The notes below the pieces were generated by a model, which was given only the letters and a program-made list of their open reading frames with translations, had not been told where the DNA came from and did no database searches. The translations under genes were made by a program, and so were the position numbers. 33,988 bases of DNA, from sequence record OM401714.1, one strand, 5' to 3'. Of this stretch, positions 1 through 8,198 are shown piece after piece (positions within the stretch are counted from its first letter, which is position 1; every line of letters begins with the position of its first letter).

Positions 1-402
1 AAGTGGGGCGAAGATATAAGTCAAGAAGAAGAAAAGTTAAATCTGTTAAGTAAGGAAGAATTGGGTCAGACAGAGTTAAAGGAATTGGTTAATAAAGTAT
101 TAAATGAAGGCAAAGATGAGGCAAAGTTTATATTAGTCCAAAGCGAGTGGCATAGACCAGGGCCAAGTTTTAACGATTTCAGCGAAATAAAAATTCTGTA
201 CGGCGAAGTTGAACAAATATTAGTAGACCATGTGTATAATTATCCTACAACTGATGAGTACATATATTTCATCATTCCGAAATCAAGGACTGTTGTAATA
301 TTATGCGAATATGGTGATAATTATCAAGGTAAAATGATGAGACATGCAAAATTATATGTATTTAGCTATCCAAAAGGTTGGAGATCAATACATCTGTATT
401 AA
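1..402 (+). CDS. Hypothetical terminal-region protein; start uncertain
   Basis: Frame 1 is open from base 1 to the TAA at 400-402. The track start is TTG at 61. A T-rich terminator follows. Confidence 0.75.
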   Translation, partial: KWGEDISQEEEKLNLLSKEELGQTELKELVNKVLNEGKDEAKFILVQSEWHRPGPSFNDFSEIKILYGEVEQILVDHVYNYPTTDEYIYFIIPKSRTVVILCEYGDNYQGKMMRHAKLYVFSYPKGWRSIHLY

Positions 403-470
403 TTTAATTCTTTTTTTTATCTTTTTCAGTTTTTCAGTTTTCCAATTTTGTTTTTCTTATTTTTTATATT
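403..470 (+). terminator. Oligo-T terminator region
   Basis: TTTAATTCTTTTTTTTAT and further T-tracts lie directly after the stop codon, typical of Sulfolobales terminators. Confidence 0.6.
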
Positions 471-573
471 CTTAACTCTATGTATCTTATTTTTATGCTT
501 TATATTTTTCAAAATCGGAATAAAATTTGATAATATATAATAAAAAAGTAGATAGATAGAGAGATAAAAGTTT

Positions 574-590
574 AGAGAAAAATTTATATA
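574..590 (+). promoter_or_regulatory. Early-type BRE+TATA promoter (class 1)
   Basis: AGAGAAAAATTTATATA, one of 7 near-identical 17-mers. Confidence 0.8.
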
Positions 591-620
591 TAAGTTTTTA
601 CATATATGTAATTGATAAAA

Positions 621-836
621 ATGAGATTTCAAGTTTTGAATGTTCGAGTCCATAATTTTCAAGTAATTCAACAAATGAATAATTTTGCTTTGGCTAAATG
701 TACATGTTGTGTTTCTTCACGTTATGCAGTTTTTAAAATAATAAATTCATATAGATTTTTTTATTATCATGGATTTGATGAAGTTTATGCTAAAAAATTG
801 TTTAATTCTCTTGTTTCTCGTTCTCAAGTTGAATAA
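621..836 (+). CDS. Hypothetical 71-aa protein, early-gene candidate
   Basis: ATG at 621 follows the class-1 promoter. Contains a CTCC motif. A T-tract follows the stop. Confidence 0.6.
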   Translation: MRFQVLNVRVHNFQVIQQMNNFALAKCTCCVSSRYAVFKIINSYRFFYYHGFDEVYAKKLFNSLVSRSQVE

Positions 837-883
837 TTTTTTTAATGTTTCAAAAATTAATATTAGAATTTTAAGAAGCTTAT

Positions 884-919
884 AAATCGGAAGTCAAAGA
901 CATTTTTAAATATGTCATA
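884..919 (+). promoter_or_regulatory. Class-2 promoter (AAATC-N25-GTCATA)
   Basis: AAATCGGAAG...TTTTTAAATATGTCATA. The same 36-bp layout occurs at 4 other sites. Confidence 0.7.
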
Positions 920-949
920 TTTTTTTATCTTATTTTTAGTGGAAAGAAA

Positions 950-1138
950 ATGGTGATAACGCATAAATTAACTGAAGAACAGAAAAAAATTTTGGAAAGG
1001 ATGCATAATAGAATAGATTATATTATCAAAACTTATAATGAATATTTGAATGCGTTAGCTGAATTTGATAAAAATGGAGTATTAAAAATTCAGGGAAAAG
1101 TAATTTATGTAAGAAAATATAATAATCAAGAAAATTAG
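950..1138 (+). CDS. Hypothetical 62-aa protein
   Basis: ORF with an upstream TATA+GTC promoter and a purine-rich RBS. Predicted helical N-terminus and short beta C-terminus. Confidence 0.8.
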   Translation: MVITHKLTEEQKKILERMHNRIDYIIKTYNEYLNALAEFDKNGVLKIQGKVIYVRKYNNQEN

Positions 1139-1175
1139 AACAATTGTAGAACGAAAAATAGAAGTATAAAAAGAT

Positions 1176-1192
1176 AGAGAAAACTTTATATA
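1176..1192 (+). promoter_or_regulatory. Class-1 early promoter
   Basis: AGAGAAAACTTTATATA, followed by TACATA-A-TATGTA and a GGTGA RBS. Confidence 0.85.
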
Positions 1193-1227
1193 GGAGTTTT
1201 TACATAATATGTATTGGTGAAAAAAGA

Positions 1228-1527
1228 ATGAACGTACAAAAAAGAGTTGAACAAAAGATAGGTCAAATATTATATCAAGCAAGGCAAGAAGGTGAAGTTT
1301 TTTTAGTTACCTTAACCTCTCAGCAATTGAAGGAAAGTGGGTTTGAAGAATCTAGTGACTTTTTTGACTTTGAATATGTAGATATATACGTATTGTATGA
1401 TGGCGAATATAAAATTAAATATATATTTGATAATGATCCTAGCAATTATATGTATGAAACTGAAAAAGGAATTGGAGGACTAAAGAATTTTATAGAAGTA
1501 ATTAAAGCATATCTTAATTTAAGTTAA
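1228..1527 (+). CDS. Acidic, aromatic-rich 99-aa protein; anti-defence candidate
   Basis: Class-1 promoter, GGTGA RBS and a T-tract terminator. Function inferred from context only. Confidence 0.8.
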   Translation: MNVQKRVEQKIGQILYQARQEGEVFLVTLTSQQLKESGFEESSDFFDFEYVDIYVLYDGEYKIKYIFDNDPSNYMYETEKGIGGLKNFIEVIKAYLNLS

Positions 1528-1684
1528 TAATTTTTTAAAACTACAATTTTTATTTTTATTATTTTTAACTTACTAATTCTATTTTTATGTTCTATTTTTT
1601 TCAATTTTGAAATAATAATTCAAGACTGCTATTTATTGAGGGAAACATAAATATGTCATAAATATAAAAGAAAATCGATATATT

Positions 1685-2206
1685 ATGGTTATTATTTTAA
1701 TAGAACTTGATAAAGAAAAATTTAGAAAAAATGTTACTACAATTCTGGATATGGATGATTTTTATGATGGTTGTGAGACAAATTTTAAAGATGTTTTAAT
1801 TCAAACGATAGTTCAAATGATTTCTGAAATTCTAGAAAAAGATGGATGGACTTTACAATATTTTACAAAAGAAGAATCAGAAAAATTATTTAATGCATTT
1901 ATGAAAAATTCCAAAGTTACAGTAAGATTAAATAAAAAGATAGATGAATTAAATTATGACTTTAAAGAAGTTACTGTTAAGTTTAACTTTCCAGAAAATG
2001 AGAAAAAGAAAATTGCCGAAATATATTTAAATAATTTATTTGATTATCCTTCTTATTTTGAAAATTGTATTATTGAAGATCCAGAAGAAATAGATATAAT
2101 TGAAATATCTGAACTTCTCAGTGATAAAGTTTATCAATTGTTAAGTTCTGACGAAATAGAGGAAAAATTTAGAGATAAATTAGAGAAAATTATTAATGAT
2201 AACTAA
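1685..2206 (+). CDS. Acidic 173-aa hypothetical protein, paralogue of 27977-28519
   Basis: Shares TNF(K/R)D, EKDGW, FNAFMKN, KEVTVK and FPENEKK blocks with the 180-aa ORF. TGTCATA promoter upstream. Confidence 0.85.
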   Translation: MVIILIELDKEKFRKNVTTILDMDDFYDGCETNFKDVLIQTIVQMISEILEKDGWTLQYFTKEESEKLFNAFMKNSKVTVRLNKKIDELNYDFKEVTVKFNFPENEKKKIAEIYLNNLFDYPSYFENCIIEDPEEIDIIEISELLSDKVYQLLSSDEIEEKFRDKLEKIINDN

Positions 2207-2229
2207 CGGCTATGCAAAGATAAAAATTG

Positions 2230-2246
2230 AGAGAAAACTTTATATA
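2230..2246 (+). promoter_or_regulatory. Class-1 early promoter
   Basis: AGAGAAAACTTTATATA. Confidence 0.85.
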
Positions 2247-2281
2247 TGAGTTTTTACATATGTTATATTGGTGATAAAAAG

Positions 2282-2449
2282 ATGAAAACAATAAGCATAA
2301 ATGGCGTGAGGTATTTCATTCAAGACAAAGATGATGAAATAAGTATAGCTCACGAGTTGGCGAAAAAAGGTTACTCAATTCAACAGATAGCGAATTTGTT
2401 AGGAATTTCTGAAAGAAAAGTAAGACAATATATGTCTGAATGTTGGTAA
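2282..2449 (+). CDS. 55-aa HTH DNA-binding protein (SIRV Gp1/ORF56a-like)
   Basis: AHELAKKGYSIQQIANLLGISERKVRQY is an HTH matching my recollection of SIRV Gp1. ATG at 2282 follows a GGTGA RBS; the track start at 2246 lies inside the promoter. Confidence 0.85.
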   Translation: MKTISINGVRYFIQDKDDEISIAHELAKKGYSIQQIANLLGISERKVRQYMSECW

Positions 2450-2605
2450 TTTAATTCTTTTTTTATTTTCCTTATCTTAAACTTTTTTTCTTTTATTTTG
2501 ATTTTCTATTTTTCTCATATTTTTATCTATAATTTTTTTCACTTTTGTTATATTATTTCTAGTTTGGAGGAATTAAAAGAGCGTGAGATACAAATGTAAA
2601 ACTAT

Positions 2606-2622
2606 AGAGAAAACTTTAAATA
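2606..2622 (+). promoter_or_regulatory. Class-1 early promoter
   Basis: AGAGAAAACTTTAAATA. Confidence 0.85.
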
Positions 2623-2654
2623 GTAGTTTTTACATATTATATATTGGTGATAAA

Positions 2655-2903
2655 ATGAGTCAAAACGGAAATAAAAGGATTAAATTAGGTAAAAAAGAAA
2701 AGGCAGTTCTAGATTTTTTAAGAGAGCATCCTGAGGGCGTTTGGAAGACAGATCTTATTATGCATTTTTCATGGGCAAATAAGTATAGTTCAATAATGAT
2801 GAGACGATTATATCTAATGGAAAAGAAAGGGTTGATAATCATAAAAACTGAAATAAATCCAGAAACCGGGAGATATAAAAAACGTGTTTACTTAAAGCAA
2901 TAA
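2655..2903 (+). CDS. 82-aa winged-HTH regulator (possible Aca-like)
   Basis: Pattern KEKAVLDFLREH...RRLYLMEKKGLI...wing GRYKKRVYL. ATG at 2655 follows GGTGA. Confidence 0.8.
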   Translation: MSQNGNKRIKLGKKEKAVLDFLREHPEGVWKTDLIMHFSWANKYSSIMMRRLYLMEKKGLIIIKTEINPETGRYKKRVYLKQ

Positions 2904-2936
2904 TTTTTTTCTCTTAAATTTTTCTTTTTTTAATAT

Positions 2937-3128
2937 TTATTTTAGTTCTCTAATTAAATCTTCTATCTCGTATATTATATCTTCAATTTTTTCAATTTTT
3001 TCTTTTTCAAATTCATGTTCTTCATAGTCTTCAATAATTTTTACGGTTTCTTCTAATTTTTCTTTTGCATTTTGTAATTCTTTTATTGCATCTTCAAGAT
3101 CTGATATAATTTCATCATAATTCATCAT
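2937..3128 (-). CDS. Very acidic 63-aa coiled-coil protein
   Basis: Heptad pattern, rich in D/E. Starts 3 bp after the stop of the 88-aa ORF. Confidence 0.75.
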   Translation of the reverse strand: MMNYDEIISDLEDAIKELQNAKEKLEETVKIIEDYEEHEFEKEKIEKIEDIIYEIEDLIRELK

Positions 3129-3131
3129 TTT

Positions 3132-3398
3132 TTACACCTCTTTTATAACTTTAGAAACTTTTCCAATTATAATAGATATATCATTATTTACTATAGAAAA
3201 CCAAATTTCAAAAACTAATAATTTATTAGTAATCTCAATATATCCCGAGATCTTGGTTTCACTTTTTTCATAAAATATTAATTTTGGTTCTATCTTGAAT
3301 GTAAAAGCCTTATTTAAAATATCTAAAATATCTTTTTCTTTCATATTTTCGATTTGTGACTTTATTTTTTTCCTTTTTTCCAAAACTTTTTCACTCAT
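3132..3398 (-). CDS. Hypothetical 88-aa protein
   Basis: ORF with a TTTGTCATA promoter at ~3423-3431, downstream of the Cas4-like gene. Confidence 0.75.
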   Translation of the reverse strand: MSEKVLEKRKKIKSQIENMKEKDILDILNKAFTFKIEPKLIFYEKSETKISGYIEITNKLLVFEIWFSIVNNDISIIIGKVSKVIKEV

Positions 3399-3450
3399 CT
3401 CTCATCAAATAATCATATAAATTATGACAAATAAAAAGATTTTTATTTTT

Positions 3451-4074
3451 TCAGAATAAGGAGCCGAAACATTTTGCTTTAAATTCGCAATTTTTACATA
3501 AATAATTATTTGCTCCTGGTATAATTTTATAATCTTGTAGTTTCATAAATTCTTTAAATTTCTTAATCCAGTCAATTGTTTTTTTCATATATTCATCTAA
3601 TACTTTTTTATCTATTTGGAATTGTCTAACTTCTTTATTTATTCTATTTAAATATATGATATAAACATTATTAATTTTGTAATTTTGTTGTTGTAATAAA
3701 TAATAGTAAATTGAAACTTGATAAAGATGATATTCTTTGATATTAAAATAGTTACTTGTGATAGTTTTTAATTCTATTAAATCATTATTACAAATTAGAT
3801 CAACTCTTCCAGAAATTTTTATATTTTCAATTTCTCCTTTTACTTCAATTTCTGATTTACAATTTAATTTTTCTTCAAAATAATGTTCTACTTTTTCATG
3901 ATATTGTTCTCCTAGATCTAAAGTAATTTCATTTACAGCCTTCTCGAATTCAAATTTTCTACTAAAATAGCTTTTTCTAAAGCAAATTCCAATTTCGCTT
4001 GGAAAAATTGTATCTTCTGGATATTTCATTTTAAAACTTTGTTTTACAAATTCTTCATAATTTGTCATTTTCAA
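3451..4074 (-). CDS. cas4: Cas4-like (RecB-family, Fe-S) nuclease, SIRV2 ORF207-like
   Basis: N-terminal Cys (ICFRK), GRVDL...IELKT nuclease motif, HLYQVSIY, and C-terminal [10 protein letters not shown]. Overlaps the ATPase stop codon. Confidence 0.93.
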   Translation of the reverse strand: MKMTNYEEFVKQSFKMKYPEDTIFPSEIGICFRKSYFSRKFEFEKAVNEITLDLGEQYHEKVEHYFEEKLNCKSEIEVKGEIENIKISGRVDLICNNDLIELKTITSNYFNIKEYHLYQVSIYYYLLQQQNYKINNVYIIYLNRINKEVRQFQIDKKVLDEYMKKTIDWIKKFKEFMKLQDYKIIPGANNYLCKNCEFKAKCFGSLF

Positions 4075-5378
4075 CCACCCAAATTACTAAATCTCATTAA
4101 GTTTATTATTCTATTACAAATTTCTTCATTTTGTACTTTTCCAATTTGTAAATCAATATCAAGAGCTTGCAATAAAATTTGAATATCAATACTTTGCTCT
4201 TTTCTTCTAGATTCTAAATTTTCACAATTTACATAATTATTAATACTATTTATCTTCTGTTGAATTAATTCAATTAAAGCTTTTAAAATTGAAGGATACA
4301 ATACTTGTGCATTTATAATTTTATCGTAAGTTTTCTTTATTGCTAATTGAATAATATGAATTCTATCTAAAATTGCAGATGTAAATATTTCATAATTTTG
4401 TAAATAATCTTCCACATCTGGATTTACTAATTTATTAATTGTATAGCTATAAGGATTTCCGGCGTAAATAATTGGAATACATTTTTGAATAGTTGCCGAT
4501 TTTGATTCTGTACCAGCCCCACGTGTCCAAATACAGTTTTCAATTCCAGTTGACAAAGTTGAATTTATAGTATTTAATTCTTTTGTTGAAAATCCATCTT
4601 TCCAATTTTGAATTTCATCAAAAATTAGGCCATTTGATAGAAAAACGGCTCCATACATATTATTTCTAGCATCATAGATTAAATTTGCATATGTAGGAGA
4701 TTCTGTATAATATCTAAAATTGAACACTTCTTGTAAAATCATAAAAGTTGTAGTTTTTCCAGTTCCTCTATTAGAAATTTCAATATAATTAATTTGTCTT
4801 TTTGTAATTGGAGATTTGAAAAGTGGAAATAATCTAGGGAGAAATAGAAATATATCATTTATTTCCATTTTTGAAGGATCATATCCAAAACTTTGAAGCA
4901 GAAGAGCATATGTTTGATATTGTTGATTTGCTAATTCAAATAATTCTTTTGCAATTTCATAATTATTTGGCGGTTCAATTGAATAAATATCGTAAATATG
5001 CCAACCTTCTATGCCTTTTCTAATTTTTACAAACATATAACTAGTTATTAAGTTATAGAAATCTTCAGGATTATCAGCTATAAAATGTGGATCAAATTCT
5101 CCAACAAATCCATTCTGAAATTTTGCTATTACAGATCCATCTTTTACTTTGAATTGTGTAATTTTTGAAATAAATTTAATTTCATTATTATATAATAAAT
5201 AAGACTGAAAATATTGTTGATCAATTCCACGTTTGTAAGCTTTTAAAATTTCAATTTTTTTACTTTCTTCAATTTGTTTTCCAGAGAGAATTATATTAAG
5301 GACTCTTTCTGTATCTCTTGGATTGTAAAAAAAAGAATGAGACTTTACTTTATCCAAAAACTGAAAATTACTACTCAT
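4071..5378 (-). CDS. P-loop ATPase / putative replicative helicase (SIRV2 ORF436-like)
   Basis: Walker [10 protein letters not shown], Walker B LIFDE, and SAILDRI arginine finger. Lies between SSB and Cas4. Confidence 0.9.
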   Translation of the reverse strand: MSSNFQFLDKVKSHSFFYNPRDTERVLNIILSGKQIEESKKIEILKAYKRGIDQQYFQSYLLYNNEIKFISKITQFKVKDGSVIAKFQNGFVGEFDPHFIADNPEDFYNLITSYMFVKIRKGIEGWHIYDIYSIEPPNNYEIAKELFELANQQYQTYALLLQSFGYDPSKMEINDIFLFLPRLFPLFKSPITKRQINYIEISNRGTGKTTTFMILQEVFNFRYYTESPTYANLIYDARNNMYGAVFLSNGLIFDEIQNWKDGFSTKELNTINSTLSTGIENCIWTRGAGTESKSATIQKCIPIIYAGNPYSYTINKLVNPDVEDYLQNYEIFTSAILDRIHIIQLAIKKTYDKIINAQVLYPSILKALIELIQQKINSINNYVNCENLESRRKEQSIDIQILLQALDIDLQIGKVQNEEICNRIINLMRFSNLGG

Positions 5379-5403
5379 AAAAAAAATGATAACTTATGAC
5401 GTT

Positions 5404-5805
5404 TTAAAATTCATCTTCAACATTCTTTTTCTGTGCTTTTTTCTCTTTCTTTTGTTCTTTTTCACTTTTCTCTTCTTCTTCTAATTCTAATTCTTCTTCT
5501 CTCGGAGTATTATTATTTTTTGGTGTGAATTTTACATATTCATTCAATAAGTCAGCATATTTAGATAGAAATTCAGAGATTAATTTTAAATCTTCTGCAT
5601 CATTTGCAGTTATTCCAAGTTGTTTTCGAAAATTATTTTGTGAATGTATAGTCATACTGTATCTTACTTTATTATCTTGTGGAATTGCATTTAGTTGTAC
5701 TACTATTCTTTTTAATCCCTTAATTTTTAAAATTCTTGAAGCTATTTTATTATCTTCTTTAGCTTGTTTTCCTAATTCATCTATTATTTCTTTTAATGAA
5801 GGCAC
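5404..5805 (-). CDS. Single-stranded DNA-binding protein (SIRV2 ORF131b-like)
   Basis: GTG start, ASRILKIKGLKRIVVQLNA core and a disordered acidic tail ending DEF. Conserved position before the ATPase. Confidence 0.85.
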   Translation of the reverse strand: MPSLKEIIDELGKQAKEDNKIASRILKIKGLKRIVVQLNAIPQDNKVRYSMTIHSQNNFRKQLGITANDAEDLKLISEFLSKYADLLNEYVKFTPKNNNTPREEELELEEEEKSEKEQKKEKKAQKKNVEDEF

Positions 5806-5905
5806 GTTTTTCGCCTAATTTAAAACTTATAATATGACATATTTATATATTTATAAAGATGTAGTTTAGGACATTTTAGAGTTTAAAAAAAGGTGAAAAC
5901 AATAT

Positions 5906-6178
5906 TTAAATTAACTTAAAGAATATAGATCTTATTAATTTAGATATTTTAATATTATATTTCTCTGCTAATTCTTCAAGCTTTTTATAATATAATTCAT
6001 CAACTGTAAAAAAAACACGTTCATCATAAATTTCGCTACTTTCTATTTCTCTAAATGGACTTTGAGAATTTAATATTTTATCGATTTCTTGTTTTATTAA
6101 ATCTCTTTTCTCATAAAAAAGATTTTTATATTTAGATGGTATACGTAATTCGATATATTTGTTCTTCTGTTGCTTCAT
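5906..6178 (-). CDS. 90-aa putative tandem ribbon-helix-helix protein
   Basis: The C-half RVFFTVDELYYKKLEELAEKYNIKISKLIRSIF fits RHH. The N-half YIELRIP... is a possible degenerate copy. Confidence 0.65.
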   Translation of the reverse strand: MKQQKNKYIELRIPSKYKNLFYEKRDLIKQEIDKILNSQSPFREIESSEIYDERVFFTVDELYYKKLEELAEKYNIKISKLIRSIFFKLI

Positions 6179-6249
6179 ATGTTTCTTTATTTTTACAAAA
6201 TATATAAACGTGACATATACATTTAAATGTCAGATTTTCATTTAAACAT

Positions 6250-6594
6250 GTGAACTGTCAAAAAGTTTTGATTTATCATTTTCTTTATACTTATACGTAT
6301 TTTATCACTATTGCTACAAATTATCGCTATAATGATACGACAAAAATCTATACAAAATTTCGGCAATATATTTATAATCATGATAAAAATTGTCATGTTT
6401 TTTCGATAAAAGAATATACAACTAAAATGAATGGTCTACATTATCATGTTTTGGTTTTCACGAATAAAAGACTTGATTATTCTAGAGTTCATAAACGAAT
6501 GCCGAAACATAGTGATATTAGAATTCAATTAGTTCCAAAAACGAAAAGTGATATAAAAAAAGTTATATCTTATATGTTAAAAAATCAAAAATAA
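6250..6594 (+). CDS. rep: HUH-superfamily Rep protein (SIRV ORF119-like)
   Basis: FITIAT motif I, LHYHVLVF HUH motif and SYMLK catalytic YxxK. Start codon uncertain (GTG 6250). Confidence 0.9.
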   Translation: MNCQKVLIYHFLYTYTYFITIATNYRYNDTTKIYTKFRQYIYNHDKNCHVFSIKEYTTKMNGLHYHVLVFTNKRLDYSRVHKRMPKHSDIRIQLVPKTKSDIKKVISYMLKNQK

Positions 6595-6595
6595 A

Positions 6596-6895
6596 TTATT
6601 TACTTTGTGATTGTTGTTGTGAACTTTGCTTTTTCTGTGCTAATGCATTTACATCTGAAAGAGTATCCATGTTCAGAAGTGCATTAACTCCAAGAGTTGT
6701 AGTATCTTTAATACTTTCTATTGCACTAATTGTAGATTTTGTCATTTGATCAATAGCTATTTGAAATGATTGATTTGCTTGCTTTTGATTGTAGAGATGT
6801 ACTATTTCTCCAATTATATAACTAGCTATTAGAACTCCCATCAATACTAGAAATCCTTCTAATGCAGTTGTTGATACAGTTGTTGGAAGACTCAT
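6596..6895 (-). CDS. Virus-associated pyramid protein (PVAP, SIRV2 P98-like)
   Basis: N-terminal TM followed by GVLIASYIIGEIVHLYN...AIDQM.KST..AIESIKDTT..G.NALLNMDTL.DVN, which matches P98 as I recall it. Confidence 0.92.
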   Translation of the reverse strand: MSLPTTVSTTALEGFLVLMGVLIASYIIGEIVHLYNQKQANQSFQIAIDQMTKSTISAIESIKDTTTLGVNALLNMDTLSDVNALAQKKQSSQQQSQSK

Positions 6896-6996
6896 TTCAA
6901 GTCTATTATATGTAAGTTACTTTGTAATAAAGTTTGTGCAAAAAATCGAAATATATAAATATGTCATAATGTATGTTTATAAAATGAGGGAAAAAG

Positions 6997-7155
6997 ATGG
7001 AGAAAGTAAAGAAAGAAAGGGTAGTTTTTGGAATCAATATTGATAAAGAACTGAAGAGAAAATTAAAAGTATATTGTGCAAATACTAATAAAACTTTAAC
7101 CGAGACAATTGAAGAAGCTTTGGAAGAATATTTGCAAAAAAGGGGAGTTAAATGA
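6997..7155 (+). CDS. svtR: SvtR-like RHH transcriptional repressor, 52 aa (not in ORF track)
   Basis: Manual translation: MEKVKKERVVFGINIDKELKRKLKVYCANTNKTLTETIEEALEEYLQKRGVK. GAGG RBS and TATA+TGTCATA upstream. Confidence 0.9.
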   Translation: MEKVKKERVVFGINIDKELKRKLKVYCANTNKTLTETIEEALEEYLQKRGVK

Positions 7156-7328
7156 GAGTAATAACATTTAAAATTGATGAAGATTTTCTAAAAGAAGTTG
7201 ACAAATATGCTATGAATAACAGATTAAACAGATCTGAAGTTGTAAGATTAGCAATTATAGAATTCTTAAGTAATCATACTAATTATAGAAATCAAGAAAA
7301 ACTTAATGTTGAAGCCATGAAGAAATAA
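7152..7328 (+). CDS. CopG-type RHH protein, 58 aa (not in ORF track)
   Basis: Manual translation begins MRVITFKIDEDFLKEVDKYAMNNRLNRSEVVRLAIIEFL. ATGA overlap with svtR. Confidence 0.88.
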   Translation: MRVITFKIDEDFLKEVDKYAMNNRLNRSEVVRLAIIEFLSNHTNYRNQEKLNVEAMKK

Positions 7329-7344
7329 AGCAAAAAATATTTTT

Positions 7345-7674
7345 TTATTTTTCGTTTTCTGATGAATATATTTCTAGTCATTTTCTTCTTTTTAATCTTT
7401 CAATTTCATCCTTAAGCTCATCAATTTTATCATAAATATCTGCAAGAACTTCAACAATTTCAGTATACAAAATTGCAAAAATTCCAGATGCAAAAGATGT
7501 TGATATTATAACTATTGGCATATTTTTTACAAGAATTCCTAAGGACATAACTATTAAAGCTAAAGAAGCTAAAGCTAGAAAAATTAGGAAAACTATTATT
7601 TTACGAAATTCTCTATCCATACTTTCTCATTTTCATTTTTCGTTTTCTGACAAATATATATCATCATTCTTTCT
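7345..7674 (-). repeat. 42-bp direct repeat (7345-7386 and 7633-7674) flanking the 80-aa ORF
   Basis: 31/42 identical without gaps; the distal 30 nt are 26/30 identical. Period 288 bp. Confidence 0.75.
7378..7620 (-). CDS. 80-aa membrane protein (2 TM + C-terminal coiled coil)
   Basis: Two hydrophobic stretches followed by IYDKIDELKDEIERLKRRK. Confidence 0.75.
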   Translation of the reverse strand: MDREFRKIIVFLIFLALASLALIVMSLGILVKNMPIVIISTSFASGIFAILYTEIVEVLADIYDKIDELKDEIERLKRRK

Positions 7675-7974
7675 ACCACAAATTATTGTCAAATCAAAGA
7701 AATTTTTGATATATCTGTAATTTACTCTTATATATTGTGGATATCTAAAAGTTTTTGTAATATAGCTTACAATTCCATTTAATCTTTTTATATAAAAATT
7801 ATGTGGTACTGTAAATCTTATTTTTATCATTAATTCGTTACCGTTATCTATTACATTATAATAATAAATATTTGTCGAATAAAAAGCGTTTAGCCAATTC
7901 AAGACTTGATCTTTAAATTTTCTACATTCATATAATGCTATCTGTTCCATAATTTTAATATGAATAACTGACAA
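7633..7974 (-). CDS. Hypothetical 113-aa protein
   Basis: Long ORF divergent from the MCP, with TATA and GTC upstream. Confidence 0.7.
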   Translation of the reverse strand: MSVIHIKIMEQIALYECRKFKDQVLNWLNAFYSTNIYYYNVIDNGNELMIKIRFTVPHNFYIKRLNGIVSYITKTFRYPQYIRVNYRYIKNFFDLTIICGRKNDDIYLSENEK

Positions 7975-8067
7975 TTAAATAGTTTTCTAAAAAATAAAAG
8001 ATAGTATATTAGATAGTTAATAATTCTCCCAATTACTATGATTTTTTAGTTCACAATCTTGTCAACT

Positions 8068-8091
8068 CATATACATAATATTATGTATATG
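8068..8091. promoter_or_regulatory. Perfect 24-bp palindrome (putative late-gene operator)
   Basis: CATATACATAATATTATGTATATG. Confidence 0.75.
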
Positions 8092-8129
8092 GTTTTAGTC
8101 TTGAATTATACGCCAAGTTCAACAATTAA

Positions 8130-8149
8130 TATACATCATATTATGTATA
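8130..8149. promoter_or_regulatory. Palindromic operator directly upstream of the MCP BRE/TATA
   Basis: TATACATCATATTATGTATA. Confidence 0.75.
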
Positions 8150-8198
8150 AGGCGTGAAAATTTATATTATAGAAATTTAAAATATTAATTGACCAAAA

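Noticed and set aside
426-674. 82-aa minus-strand ORF
   Set aside because: Low-complexity translation of terminator and promoter DNA, with no RBS or promoter.
1082-1282. 66-aa minus-strand ORF
   Set aside because: Antisense to two better-supported genes and a class-1 promoter.
2660-2842. 60-aa minus-strand ORF
   Set aside because: Shadow of the wHTH gene.
5525-5818. 97-aa plus-strand ORF
   Set aside because: Antisense shadow of SSB.
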